Virus genome (UHGV): UHGV-0211178
From: a virus
Length of the DNA stretch: 41,096 nucleotides
Direction: 5' to 3' (one strand)
Shown here: in pieces, positions 16,179 to 26,477 of the stretch
How the letters are laid out: the number at the start of each line of letters is the position of its first letter
How positions within the stretch are numbered: position 1 is the first letter of the stretch
The notes under the pieces: generated by a model
The model's database searches: none
Told to the model about the DNA's origin: nothing
The model's input: the letters and a program-made list of their open reading frames with translations, nothing else
Position numbers and translations under genes: made by a program

Positions 16179-16817
16179 TCATTCATACAACCCGGCTCTG
16201 TCATTCATCACCATTTGGCGCATAAGCGATTCGGGAAGATTCAGATCACTTGCGGACGCGCCTTTGTATATCCCTCTGTCCCACAGCTTTTTCACTGTGT
16301 CATATGCGTATTGGGGCAGTTCGTTAAAATAGTGATATACCTTCTCGCGGTTCCTTTCCAGTTCTGCAATCCTGTTTTCCAGTTCGGTCATTTTTGCTTT
16401 TTCCTCGGCTGTCATTTCCTCATCAGCTCCTTCTGTATAATTCCAGTTTTTCGGTATCTCAAAATGCGGAGTGTCGGGGGTAGACCAAAGTCCACCCCAT
16501 GTGATTCCGTATTTCTTTGCCGCATCGCTGCACGCTTTGAAGAACGCTTTGCTGACATATTCCTGTCCGCGCACATTCTGACATATATCCCACGCCCTGC
16601 GTGACGTATGGCGGCTGTTATGTGTCCATGTGACAACTTTCCCCGGGCGCGTTCTGCCTTGCTCATACAGGTAATTTTGCCGCTCCTGCGACCTGTATGT
16701 TTCGGTGATTCGCACTTTCAAACCGCGTCTTTCACATTCTGACAGAAACAATCTGCATGCCTTTTGTGCCGCCGCGGTCAGCTCCGATATATCTTTGCAT
16801 ACTGTCGTGACACTCAT
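16179..16817 (-). CDS. Endolysin, M15 (L-Ala-D-Glu peptidase type) with C-terminal wall-binding domain
   Basis: ETYRSQERQ, SRH...AWD, WGG.W, DTPHFE. Confidence 0.92.
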   Translation of the reverse strand: MSVTTVCKDISELTAAAQKACRLFLSECERRGLKVRITETYRSQERQNYLYEQGRTRPGKVVTWTHNSRHTSRRAWDICQNVRGQEYVSKAFFKACSDAAKKYGITWGGLWSTPDTPHFEIPKNWNYTEGADEEMTAEEKAKMTELENRIAELERNREKVYHYFNELPQYAYDTVKKLWDRGIYKGASASDLNLPESLMRQMVMNDRAGLYE

Positions 16818-16826
16818 GTCCTCACC

Positions 16827-17099
16827 TCACAGAACACCGTCATTTTTCAGGCGTTCGATATAGTTCTTCGCGCCGTCAGTGTTTCCTTTTTCCCACATAC
16901 GGGCAAGGGTTTTTAATTCCGCTTCCTTGCCTTTCACTCTCAAAGCCGTTACAACCTCATAGTTTTTCTGAATAAATCCGAAAGCGACTTTCAAGCCGTC
17001 TGTGTACCCCGTTTCCTTTGCGACATAGTTATATGCTACGCCGACATCTACACCGTTCTTTTCCGCTGTGTCCAAAATTACCTTTACCAATCCATACAT
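16827..17099 (-). CDS. Hypothetical protein in the lysis module
   Basis: 90 aa, RBS AAGGAGG. Confidence 0.75.
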   Translation of the reverse strand: MYGLVKVILDTAEKNGVDVGVAYNYVAKETGYTDGLKVAFGFIQKNYEVVTALRVKGKEAELKTLARMWEKGNTDGAKNYIERLKNDGVL

Positions 17100-17113
17100 A
17101 ATATTTCCTCCTT

Positions 17114-17368
17114 TTATTCACCTATCATTTGTTTAAATGCCTGATGTAACCCCGTACTTGCCAGCCCTGTCAGCATACCGCTGACGACAATATCAAGCGA
17201 CACACCGCTCTTTGCCGCGCATGCACCCATCGCGCCCAAAGCCGCAAGTATTGTCGGGATATACTTATTGTCCATATCCTTTATCCAATGTTTCAGTATG
17301 TACCCCACACAAAGGCACAGCGCCATTACTGTGGGTATATACAGTTCGCTTATAAATGTTAAATCCAT
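17114..17368 (-). CDS. Holin
   Basis: Three hydrophobic segments; NKYIPTIL, GLASTGLHQ.FKQ. Confidence 0.9.
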   Translation of the reverse strand: MDLTFISELYIPTVMALCLCVGYILKHWIKDMDNKYIPTILAALGAMGACAAKSGVSLDIVVSGMLTGLASTGLHQAFKQMIGE

Positions 17369-17374
17369 ATCCTT

Positions 17375-17707
17375 TTACTCCTCTCTTGTTGACATCTTCA
17401 TTATCTTTTTATACAATCCTGTGGCAATGTCATTTCCGCCCAATTTGTGATATGCCTGATATATGCGTTCAAGACTTTCGCGCTCATATATCGCACAATA
17501 TCCTTTGTCAAGAGCACGGTTATATGTGTTTACAACCCTGTCCCTCAAAAGAGCCTGTACGCCCTCACAAAGAGCGGTATTTTTTGCTTCTTCCGCTTTT
17601 AATTTCTTGCTTATTTGCCTGTAGCCATAGCCCATCATAAACGTTATGGCAGCAAATACCCAATCAACCCAGTTTGCGGCAATATAGCTACATATCTGTG
17701 CCAACAT
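17375..17707 (-). CDS. Holin-associated single-TM protein
   Basis: TM then GVQALLRDR...YH.LGGN motif typical of lysis modules. Confidence 0.8.
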   Translation of the reverse strand: MLAQICSYIAANWVDWVFAAITFMMGYGYRQISKKLKAEEAKNTALCEGVQALLRDRVVNTYNRALDKGYCAIYERESLERIYQAYHKLGGNDIATGLYKKIMKMSTREE

Positions 17708-17957
17708 CTTCCGTCACCTCCGCTGTCTGCATGATATTCTCGACCGTCCATACAACAGAAATACCGTCCTCACTTTCTGTATAAACAGGGGACAGGATTT
17801 GTGTTTCGGGGTCATACTCGGGCTTGTCCGCTTCCGTGACCTCTTTGTAGCCCATGATGTATTTGAGTACATCATCTGTCGGGTTGGTGATTACAATTTT
17901 CGCCCTTTCGTTTGCTGACGGCGTGACAAACGCACCGTCAATGATTTTTCCAATCAT
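17688..17957 (-). CDS. Small tail-fibre-associated protein
   Basis: GYKEV...PEYD..TQ...Y.E motif; follows the fibre genes. Confidence 0.7.
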   Translation of the reverse strand: MIGKIIDGAFVTPSANERAKIVITNPTDDVLKYIMGYKEVTEADKPEYDPETQILSPVYTESEDGISVVWTVENIMQTAEVTEDVGTDM

Positions 17958-17971
17958 GTCTGATTCCTCCT

Positions 17972-18748
17972 TCAGTATGTGTAATATTGATATGTTACGC
18001 CCGTCGGCGTGATATCCGTTTCGACCGTGATTATATTTGAACCCTTGTTCAGTGTTATTGCCGGGAGATTATCGGCGCGCATTGATACGCTTTCGCCGAC
18101 TCCCACAGGATTGTCAAGGGATATTGTTTGTGTCCGCGGTTCGGTGTATGGCTCATATGCGGTTGCAACAGTACCGCGCTCCACCTGGATATTTTTGAAT
18201 ACAGCGGTTGTCACGGGATTGTCAGCCGACGCTGACGTAAACAGCGCGAAAACCACTATATATCCGTCAGCCTGCGCCTCTATGGGTAACGCAACAGGTG
18301 GTGTGGTAGTGGAGCCTATTACATGTGCTCCAACCGTCATCGTGCTAAAATTCCATTCGTTTATCGGTTCTGCAAAATAATTTATGTAGATATTGTTTGT
18401 TGTACTGCCGACAGATAACGTATATGCTCCGGCTTTTACGGGGATATTGCACCACATTCCGCCTGTCGCATACGCCGCATTTGAAACCGTTATTGTATTA
18501 CCGTCAACGGAAGGGGTTTGGAGTGACGGAAAACGGAAATTTATCTCTTGGTTTACATTAAACATATTCTTTCCGCTTATCTTTATCGGGATTTCATATT
18601 TACCTGTCGCTGTGCTATAGTCACCGACAGCACCCGACACACCGCCCCCGATTGTATAATCTCTGAGCTGCAATTCTGCCGGGTTGTCAATCTGTCCGTC
18701 TGTACTGTCCTCATAGTGATATGAGGGAAGAAAACGCCACCTGTTCAT
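17972..18748 (-). CDS. Putative receptor-binding/tail-tip protein with carbohydrate-binding-like domain
   Basis: GKNMFN...IQVERGTVATAYEPY motif; position in the tail module. Confidence 0.7.
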   Translation of the reverse strand: MNRWRFLPSYHYEDSTDGQIDNPAELQLRDYTIGGGVSGAVGDYSTATGKYEIPIKISGKNMFNVNQEINFRFPSLQTPSVDGNTITVSNAAYATGGMWCNIPVKAGAYTLSVGSTTNNIYINYFAEPINEWNFSTMTVGAHVIGSTTTPPVALPIEAQADGYIVVFALFTSASADNPVTTAVFKNIQVERGTVATAYEPYTEPRTQTISLDNPVGVGESVSMRADNLPAITLNKGSNIITVETDITPTGVTYQYYTY

Positions 18749-19386
18749 CAGTAAACACCTACCCTTGCTACTATTACGGGATTGCCGGCAGAATCTTCGT
18801 TTACGGCTCTGACTGATATCTCATAGTTTGTATTTGCAGACGGAATAAAGTCACCGTCAGCGTCACAGTCCACGCCGACCCATTTTATAGGCGTTGCGGA
18901 ATATGCCAAAGATGTCGGTGTTGCGCCTGATTTGAACGACAAATAACATTCCCATTCCTCTTCAGATGTTATTGCGCTTACCATCGGGGTTGTGAGTGTT
19001 ATATCTGTAGCAGTCGTAAAACAGCGCACGTCCTTTTTGTTTGACAGTGCTACATCACAGGAAGCCTGCGTCAGAAGTTCCCTTTCAAATGCATCTTCTT
19101 TTGTGTTTATATGTTCACTTAATGAGATTGCTGTATCTATAGTATAGAGATACACCGCTTGCGCAGAGGGATACTGCGAATCAGTGGAGGCGTCTGTAAT
19201 TGTTGTGACTTTGTTTGCCACGTCCTCTTTCGCGGAAAGCCCCAGGCTCTCTATATCCTCTTCTGTGAAATAATCAACGCCCTTTTGCGGAGTATACCCC
19301 GGGTCGCCCTTGTCGCCCTTCATGCTCACCCCCGTAATTTCCATTTCCGTGCCGTTTTCTGCACTCAATATCAGTTCATTATCCAT
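18748..19386 (-). CDS. Tail fibre/baseplate protein
   Basis: KGDKGDPGYTPQKGVDYFT short collagen-like motif; IKW.G.....P.ANTNYEIS. Confidence 0.7.
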   Translation of the reverse strand: MDNELILSAENGTEMEITGVSMKGDKGDPGYTPQKGVDYFTEEDIESLGLSAKEDVANKVTTITDASTDSQYPSAQAVYLYTIDTAISLSEHINTKEDAFERELLTQASCDVALSNKKDVRCFTTATDITLTTPMVSAITSEEEWECYLSFKSGATPTSLAYSATPIKWVGVDCDADGDFIPSANTNYEISVRAVNEDSAGNPVIVARVGVY

Positions 19387-19387
19387 G

Positions 19388-19702
19388 TCAGCACCCCCAT
19401 TTCACGCGGAAATTACCGCTTTTTTGCGTTATTGTCACACCGTCGGCGCTTATCAGCGTAAGCTTATACAGATAATCATTCACAGTCAGCTTGCCGCGCT
19501 CCGCCTCGGTCAGCACCACGTTGAACTTCCCGTTGGAATCCATGTTGTACCGCCCGTCTATAACCGCGTCACTCTCGGTGTCCTCTGCAACAACAAAACG
19601 CAAAACACTGTTTTCAGAAAATGCATTTTTCCCCGAAATTGTCAGATGAAACGTATCGCCTTTTGTGTACGATATATCCGTTCCGTTTATTATTCTCAGC
19701 AT
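19388..19702 (-). CDS. BppU-like baseplate protein
   Basis: I..TKGDT, LRFVV, YLYKL beta-sandwich pattern; position. Confidence 0.6.
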   Translation of the reverse strand: MLRIINGTDISYTKGDTFHLTISGKNAFSENSVLRFVVAEDTESDAVIDGRYNMDSNGKFNVVLTEAERGKLTVNDYLYKLTLISADGVTITQKSGNFRVKWGC

Positions 19703-19716
19703 TTCTTTTCCTCCTT

Positions 19717-20463
19717 CTATACCAGTATAGCTGTGATTGTACCGCTGCCGCCGTTAACAAAAGAACCTGTTATAATCACATTCCCGTCAGACTCTTCTTT
19801 GAAATATAAATACACTATATCGTTGAATTTACCAAGTGTTGCCGGCAGTGTTTTCGGCAGAAGTTTATACGCTCCCTCTGTCATGGCATATGTATACGAA
19901 TCATATTGTGTGCGTGGAATGGTTGCAAGTGTTGCAACCATTCGAGGGCTTACTCCTGGGGGGTTAATGTTTACCGTTGTTCCACTTACGGTAAAATAAT
20001 TATTCCCCGTTTTCAGCGCCACTTTTGCCGTTGAAATTTCCCTCAAATCGGTCAGCGCCCCGGCGGAGCTGACGCTTGCAAGCTTTACAAAGTCACCCTC
20101 CGTCGGCGCTGTTTCGGACACGGCTATTTCACATGTCCCCATGCTCTGATTATTCAGCGCGTAAATATATGTGCCGTTTATGCAGTCAACGCTTACAATC
20201 TCGGTAATTTTCTTTTTGGCACCGTTTGCAAACACGATTATTCCCGTCTGAATATTTACCTTTCCGTTCGTCAGCACAGGGCGGCACATGTCACCCGACT
20301 GTAATATCCCTTTTGTCACCAAAGACGCGGTGATGCCGTTGAGTTCGTCCGCGCCGAATTTTTCTGTCCCGAACCCGTTGAATGATGTATTGCCCAAATC
20401 CACGGCAATATTATTCAGCGTGTCCGCCGTGACGGTGCCGTTATATAATATTTCATCAGCCAT
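19717..20463 (-). CDS. Baseplate/tail protein
   Basis: Follows the Tal-like gene; likely start MADEIL. Confidence 0.7.
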   Translation of the reverse strand: MADEILYNGTVTADTLNNIAVDLGNTSFNGFGTEKFGADELNGITASLVTKGILQSGDMCRPVLTNGKVNIQTGIIVFANGAKKKITEIVSVDCINGTYIYALNNQSMGTCEIAVSETAPTEGDFVKLASVSSAGALTDLREISTAKVALKTGNNYFTVSGTTVNINPPGVSPRMVATLATIPRTQYDSYTYAMTEGAYKLLPKTLPATLGKFNDIVYLYFKEESDGNVIITGSFVNGGSGTITAILV

Positions 20464-21433
20464 TTTCTTCACTCTCCCATTCTGTCAAAATCGGTTCTTC
20501 ACCATAGCCGTTTTCGTTCCACATGCTCAGGCCGCTTACAAGCTTGCGGCTTGTCACTCCGCCACATTGCACCCTTATGATGTCGCCTATGTTATAATCG
20601 GTGCCGTGGTGAATATCCTTCGTTTCTGCGGTGACCTCAAAATCGGCTTTTTTCTCTTTCAGTTCATTCAGTGCGCCGCTTTCGGTTGTCGCGGACAAAA
20701 CAGCGTCAGTCTTGTATATTCCTTGCTTTGTGCTGTCAAGTGTTATGTATGTCCAAACCGGGTCGGGCTTGTTTCCCTGTGCGTCCTCCGCCTGTTCCTT
20801 CAGATACCAGCCCCCGATTGCCGCCTCGGTGTTTATATACCCCAGCTGCATATTGTGCGCGTTCAGATTTGCCGCCGAAAGCATGAGCGGATTCTGTTCC
20901 GGCTTGATAATTTCAAAAATATACTTCTTATTCTTAAAATCAGCCGTTATTTTATACCCGGCATTGTCAAGCTTTAAAAGTTCCCGTATATACGTATCCG
21001 CCGCCGTATAACGTTCTGTACTGTATGTCACATCTTCGGAAAGCCCCTTGACCTCGCCCAAAGAAAGCCACGGTATATTCTCGGACACCGCACTGCGTGC
21101 CAGTGTTTCGGCGTCGTCCGTGACCTCGCCTTCAGTGCCCGGTATAACCGCGCGTTTCAAAAGCCCGTTTAAGTGCAGTCCGCATATTCTGCATTTACTG
21201 TCCCATTTAAAGCTTGTCAAAACGCCCTGAAAACCGTTCCATGACACAATAACATTGTCCCTGTTGCCCTCAATGACCTTTTTCAGACTGTCATCGGAAA
21301 ACACAATATCAAACATTCCGCAATCGTTCAGGTTCTGCTCCGTATTGACCGACACATACCCGATATCGCCCGAAAATTGGGGCAAGATGTACAAAAGATT
21401 AAACTCAAAATCATAGAATCGTATATCCATCAC
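20456..21433 (-). CDS. Tal/hub-like tail protein (Gp37-like)
   Basis: IRFYDFEFNLL start, DYNIGDII near the C-terminus; follows Dit. Confidence 0.75.
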   Translation of the reverse strand: MMDIRFYDFEFNLLYILPQFSGDIGYVSVNTEQNLNDCGMFDIVFSDDSLKKVIEGNRDNVIVSWNGFQGVLTSFKWDSKCRICGLHLNGLLKRAVIPGTEGEVTDDAETLARSAVSENIPWLSLGEVKGLSEDVTYSTERYTAADTYIRELLKLDNAGYKITADFKNKKYIFEIIKPEQNPLMLSAANLNAHNMQLGYINTEAAIGGWYLKEQAEDAQGNKPDPVWTYITLDSTKQGIYKTDAVLSATTESGALNELKEKKADFEVTAETKDIHHGTDYNIGDIIRVQCGGVTSRKLVSGLSMWNENGYGEEPILTEWESEENG

Positions 21434-22299
21434 ATCACCGCCGTTATATAGTTATTTGTATATTCGATTTCCGCCCTGATATCATCATTCAGATTAAGGC
21501 TTGAAACCGCTATATCGTTCCGCCCGACATCAAGAAAGAAGTCACTTAAAACCGTGTCATCGGATATCTTGTTTGTGATATTGCCCGATTGGGAACTTGT
21601 TATGTTCCTGTGCGGAAAATCAAAGGTTATTTCCTCGCCCGGTGACATATTGTATTCAAGCGTTACGGTTTTCCCTGTTGTATTGTTCGACAGCGTTATG
21701 CCATAACTCTCGGGGCTGTCTGCCGCCGTTTTAAACGTTTTTATATACACCACAGGATAAACCGATGTGTTGCCCTTGTTCGTAATCACAGCGTTGTTTG
21801 TGCGCACTGTTGCGACTGTCGGGAGTTCAATATACCATGCACCGCCCTCCCATTTATTCGGCAATTTGTCAAATTTCTGCGATATCGGCAGGCGCAATGG
21901 CTTGTAATCGTGGAAATACGGGTCGTCACATACAAACTGCAATGCGGCAGAACGGAACCTGTTGTATATTATATTTCCCACATCAAACGCATTGACGCAC
22001 CGCCCTGTGGTTCGTCTGCGCCCTTCTGCGGTGAAACACACAATCTCAACAGGGTGATATATGATTTTGAAAAACCTTTCAACCTCATTTGCATCGCCGA
22101 AAAAATCAAAAGATATAAGGATTGTGCGCTCCATGTCGCGGCATGAATTTACAACCCTTCCCGGCTGACCCTCAAAGGTCACACTTTGGAGTTCCTTTGA
22201 CGGCAGTCCAAAACCCTCGGTTTCTATGATTCGGGCTTTGGGGTGATTTCCGCCGCCCAGTTCAAACACACCGTATTTGTTTTTCAGTTGAATAAGCAT
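21430..22299 (-). CDS. Distal tail protein (Dit)
   Basis: Follows the tape measure gene; FVCDDPYF, ITNKG....PV, FFLDVGRN. Confidence 0.85.
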   Translation of the reverse strand: MLIQLKNKYGVFELGGGNHPKARIIETEGFGLPSKELQSVTFEGQPGRVVNSCRDMERTILISFDFFGDANEVERFFKIIYHPVEIVCFTAEGRRRTTGRCVNAFDVGNIIYNRFRSAALQFVCDDPYFHDYKPLRLPISQKFDKLPNKWEGGAWYIELPTVATVRTNNAVITNKGNTSVYPVVYIKTFKTAADSPESYGITLSNNTTGKTVTLEYNMSPGEEITFDFPHRNITSSQSGNITNKISDDTVLSDFFLDVGRNDIAVSSLNLNDDIRAEIEYTNNYITAVM

Positions 22300-22305
22300 T
22301 GTCCG

Positions 22306-25300
22306 TCACCCCTTTCTGTTCCGTGCCCTGTTCAGCCATTCTGCCGCCTTCACCTCTGCCAGCTGTCCGCGCGTGCTTTCGCCCGGTGAGGGGAGAAGGT
22401 TATATGTCGCGGTTGAGTTGTAAACATTTGATGTCATTGCCGCCTTTGCGTTTTCCGCCTCCACGGTGATTGCAAGGTGGGGCGCAAAGCCCGCAAGCTG
22501 TTCGCCTGCTTTTTCCCATATCTTTTTCAATACGTTCCTGAACTCTTCCACAAAGCCCTCGCCGAACTCTTGCGCCGACTTGCCGCCGATTTGGAAAAAT
22601 CTGTCCGCCGCCTCGAGTCCGAACGTGTCCTCAATCATTTTCCGCGCCTTTTCATAGTCGTCGGCATAGATTGCCTTTGCAATTCTGTTATCTTCGGCTC
22701 GGCTTCTGTTGTATGAATCTATATATTTCTCGAATTCCGAATCCGACATGTCAAGAAGCGCGTTCATCAAGCCCTGTCCTTCATCAATCGACAATTCTAC
22801 AATTTCTTTAAGAAATTCTTTCGGCACAATTCCCCGGTTTTTGATTGCCTCCAGACTGTCGGCATACTTTCTCTTAATTTCGGTTTGTTTGTCCAAATCA
22901 GCCGGTTTTGTCACTGTCGGGGTCTGTGTCACGCCGTTGATTGTGATTTCGGGAAGGTCATAGCTGTAATACAGACTGCCATAGCTTTTAAACTTATCGG
23001 ACATGGCGTTTACCGCACTTTCCAGCTCATCAATGTCGTCAAACGCCGCCTCCGCCATTTCCTTCAGGTTGTCAACACACTTTTGGCGTATGCTTTCCAG
23101 TTCCTTTCGGTGCAGTTCCATGATTTTTCGCTCTGTTTCCGCGGTTTCTTTCAGCTTGTCGATATATGCTTTCTGCTCATTTTCGGCACGCTTTTTTCTG
23201 CGTTCCTCGGCTGTCATGGCGCTCTGTTCTTTTTCGATTTCCAGGCGGCGGCTTTCTGCCATGTAATGCTTTTCGCTGTCTAAAAGCCCCTCGACATGCT
23301 CCCTTTCAAGTTCTTCGATATCCTTTGCCGTTTCCGCCAGGGATAATTTACGCTCCAACTCACTCTTCGCGCATGCCTTGTTTATTTCCTCCATGCCCTT
23401 TTCTATGTCGCTTTTGCCGTCATCTATCCCGACTGTGATTCCCTCGGCTATCATTTTGCCGATGTCGGCACCGCGCGACTTGACGTCAATTAAAATACTT
23501 GAAGAAACTCCGATACTTCCGTGGTTGTTCAGTCCGTCCGCAAAGCCCGGAAGTCCGACAACTCCGCCGCGGAGCATGCGCTTTGTTTGCTGTGCCGTAT
23601 ATACCCTGTCGCCGTGTTCCAGATATGTCAGTGCCGCCGTGTCGCTGTCGACGTATCGGAAGGAACCGTTTTTGCTCTCAATCAGTTCCATACCGCGCTC
23701 ATTTACAACAGACAAACCTTTTTTTGCATAGTCCGTTCCTTTTGCATATCCATTCATGGACAAACCATTGTTGCCGAAAACCCTCATTGTTACACCGACA
23801 TCAATATTCTTTGGTATGCCGTTCAGATACGTTCCCAGGTCTTCCGCTTGCTTTGCCGCTTTTTCCATGTCCGTTGTCAGGTCCTTAAATTTCTCTGACA
23901 GGGTTTGGGGCGTGATTTCCTGGTCCTTCAGCTCGGGGAATTTGTCGGTCAGTTTCTGTATATCTTCTTCCGACAAATTTATCCCTTTCGAAAGCTTATC
24001 CTGTGCGTCCTTCACAAGGTTTATTTTTGTTGACCATTCCTGATATGTACTGCCCAAGCCCAATTGTATCAAACGCCTTGAATTTTCGGCATATTCTTTT
24101 ATACTTTTTGTCCCGGCATCAATATGTTTTGTGTTTTCTTTAGACTCGCGGTTCCATGCATCTATTTGGTCGTTTAAATTGGTTATGTAACTCTGCAAAT
24201 CAGCAAGACTGTCTATGCTTTGACCTGTTGAATCGTATATTTCATCTGCGGCGTCCTCCCACGTCTTAGAGCCGTTATTAACCGCGTCATAAATTTTCAT
24301 TAAGCTATTACGAAGTTCACCGTTTTTTGTTACAGCGTCTTCAAGAGCCTTGTTTCGGTCTGTCAGTTTGTCAATTTCATCCGAAACAGAGTCTACTTTA
24401 TCTTTGTTTTCCAACAAACTGCGTTCCAGTTCCAGGCGCTGTGCTTCCGTTTCCAGTTTGGCTACATTTTCCAGTTTTTCAATAGTTTTATCTCTGATAC
24501 CGTTTTTCTGTTCCTCGGCGCTGATATAGTCACCGTAGTGGTCTATAAACCACTGTTCACAGTCCTTTATTGTCTGCTGTGCCGCGCCCATTTCCTCCGC
24601 CGGGACTTTGCCCTCTGCAATCGCGTTTTTCATGTCACGCCATTTTGCCGCATAATCTTCCGTCAGGTCGGCTTTCTCTTTTGCCTCCTCATATTTTTCG
24701 CCGGCTTTTTCAATTTCTTCGCCAAATTGAAAATATTCATCGCGTGCATTGCCGACAGCGGCGGCGATTCCTGCGACTGCCGCAATAGCCGTGACCGCAC
24801 CGGCGGCAATCAATCCAATCGGGTTCAAAAGAATAGTGCCGTTAAACAGCGCCTGTGCGGCGGTTGCCGCCATTGTTGCAATCTGATAGCTTTTGTATGC
24901 CGCAACCCCTGTCGCCACCAAAGGCACGGCAACTTTCAAAGCGCCCACGGTTCCGTTGATTTTCTGTTCCAGGGTTCCGTTTTCCGCGTCTTTTTTGAAT
25001 CCTTTTGCCCAGCTTGTTATTTTTGCCGTGATGTCGTTTATTGTCGGCATAAGCACCTGTGACAGTGGTGCGATAACAGATGTCTGTATGGTTCTTCCGG
25101 CTCCTTGTATAGCCTCCAGAGGTGTGTCATACTTTATCTGTGTTATGTCGGACATTGTGCTTTTTGTCTTGTCAAATTCCCCGTTCAGGTCAGAAAGCGC
25201 CCTCACACCGTCCTCGCCCAAATCTTCCCACATGGTTCCGAACAGTGCAACACCGGCTTCATTCTGTGCAACCTTGTCGTCCATTTTAAAAAGGGCATCT

Positions 25301-26400
25301 GTGACATCATTAAAAGCCTCTTTACCCTCTTTTCCGCCTTTTGCAAACTTCTTTGTCATTTTGTCTGCATTCAGCCCGATTTGTTGAAACGCCTTTTTCG
25401 TGCTGTCGGAGTTGTCCTTGCTCCTTATGCCAAACTCCTTCATGGCGTCGCCCAGTTTGTCAACCGAAAATGTACCCTTTTGCGCACCGTTTTTGAGGGA
25501 ATTAAACATTTCCTCCGCACCCATACCCATTTGCTTATAATGTACGGAATATTCATTGATACTGTCAAGTAAGTCATCATTTTTATTCAGCCCGTTTTGC
25601 GCGCCTTGCGCAATGAGGTTAAAGGCTTCCTCTCCCGTCACTCCGAATTGGTCTATAAGCATATTTGCGGCTCTCATGGTTTCGGGTATCTCAAAACCAA
25701 ATGTATCGCGCAGTGTCAGGGCGTTTGTGGTAAGTTTTTTGACGTTCGTGGGGTCAATGTTCTTTGAACTCTGCACAACCGCCGCCATAGAATCAGCGAT
25801 ATCCTCAAAGCTTTCACCATAATTTCCGGCATAAATGTCCGACATGGCTTTTTCAAAATCCCTTGCCTCATCTTCCGCCATTCCCGTTTGGCTCCTGAAA
25901 GAATTGGACGCTTTTTGGTAGTCCTGCATTGATTTCAAAGCCACCGTCCCGACGGCTGTTGCGGCTCCCACCACTGCAATGGCTGCTTTTTTTGCGCCGT
26001 CTTTCAATTTTTTTATTCTTTCAGTTGCTTTATCGGATTTTTTTCCAAGGTCTTCAATCTGAATCTTTGACTTTTTCGATTTTTCGCCAAGTTCTTTTGT
26101 CTTTTTTCCTGCCTTGTCAGAACTTTCACCCAGGTCGTCGGTTTCTTTTGCGGCGTCTTCTGCTTTGTCGCCCAAATCTTCAACTGCGTCCGCGGTGTCT
26201 TCCGTTTCTTTGCCAAGGTCTTCAACCGCGTCTGCCGTTTCCTCTGCCTTTTCGCCCAGGTCATCAATGGCGTCCGTTGCCTTTTCCGTAGAATCGCCCA
26301 TTGCGGACATTGCACTTTTTGTGGTTTTCTCAATGTTTTCCAGTGCTTTTCTGTAGCCGCTGTCATCACCGTCGATGTGTATAATTAAGCTGTCCGCCAT
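22306..26400 (-). CDS. Tail tape measure protein
   Basis: 1364 aa, Ala-rich helical, DKLGDAMKEF, LFGTMWEDLG, hydrophobic middle segment, YAKGT..VNERG.EL. Confidence 0.95.
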   Translation of the reverse strand: MADSLIIHIDGDDSGYRKALENIEKTTKSAMSAMGDSTEKATDAIDDLGEKAEETADAVEDLGKETEDTADAVEDLGDKAEDAAKETDDLGESSDKAGKKTKELGEKSKKSKIQIEDLGKKSDKATERIKKLKDGAKKAAIAVVGAATAVGTVALKSMQDYQKASNSFRSQTGMAEDEARDFEKAMSDIYAGNYGESFEDIADSMAAVVQSSKNIDPTNVKKLTTNALTLRDTFGFEIPETMRAANMLIDQFGVTGEEAFNLIAQGAQNGLNKNDDLLDSINEYSVHYKQMGMGAEEMFNSLKNGAQKGTFSVDKLGDAMKEFGIRSKDNSDSTKKAFQQIGLNADKMTKKFAKGGKEGKEAFNDVTDALFKMDDKVAQNEAGVALFGTMWEDLGEDGVRALSDLNGEFDKTKSTMSDITQIKYDTPLEAIQGAGRTIQTSVIAPLSQVLMPTINDITAKITSWAKGFKKDAENGTLEQKINGTVGALKVAVPLVATGVAAYKSYQIATMAATAAQALFNGTILLNPIGLIAAGAVTAIAAVAGIAAAVGNARDEYFQFGEEIEKAGEKYEEAKEKADLTEDYAAKWRDMKNAIAEGKVPAEEMGAAQQTIKDCEQWFIDHYGDYISAEEQKNGIRDKTIEKLENVAKLETEAQRLELERSLLENKDKVDSVSDEIDKLTDRNKALEDAVTKNGELRNSLMKIYDAVNNGSKTWEDAADEIYDSTGQSIDSLADLQSYITNLNDQIDAWNRESKENTKHIDAGTKSIKEYAENSRRLIQLGLGSTYQEWSTKINLVKDAQDKLSKGINLSEEDIQKLTDKFPELKDQEITPQTLSEKFKDLTTDMEKAAKQAEDLGTYLNGIPKNIDVGVTMRVFGNNGLSMNGYAKGTDYAKKGLSVVNERGMELIESKNGSFRYVDSDTAALTYLEHGDRVYTAQQTKRMLRGGVVGLPGFADGLNNHGSIGVSSSILIDVKSRGADIGKMIAEGITVGIDDGKSDIEKGMEEINKACAKSELERKLSLAETAKDIEELEREHVEGLLDSEKHYMAESRRLEIEKEQSAMTAEERRKKRAENEQKAYIDKLKETAETERKIMELHRKELESIRQKCVDNLKEMAEAAFDDIDELESAVNAMSDKFKSYGSLYYSYDLPEITINGVTQTPTVTKPADLDKQTEIKRKYADSLEAIKNRGIVPKEFLKEIVELSIDEGQGLMNALLDMSDSEFEKYIDSYNRSRAEDNRIAKAIYADDYEKARKMIEDTFGLEAADRFFQIGGKSAQEFGEGFVEEFRNVLKKIWEKAGEQLAGFAPHLAITVEAENAKAAMTSNVYNSTATYNLLPSPGESTRGQLAEVKAAEWLNRARNRKG

Positions 26401-26432
26401 TTTCGCTCACTCCCTTCATAAATTTTTGCATG

Positions 26433-26458
26433 AAAAAAGCACTCATTTTGAGTGCTTT
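26433..26458 (-). terminator. Terminator-like hairpin between Gp15 and tape measure
   Basis: AAAGCACTCA-TTT-TGAGTGCTTT with a minus-strand U tract. Confidence 0.6.
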
Positions 26459-26477
26459 AATCGTTTTTTCAGAATTT

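Noticed and set aside
17972..19702. Invertible or shufflon-type tail fibre switching by the serine recombinase
   Set aside because: No inverted cassettes or repeated crossover sites were seen, and the enzyme is a large integrase type with an attP candidate.
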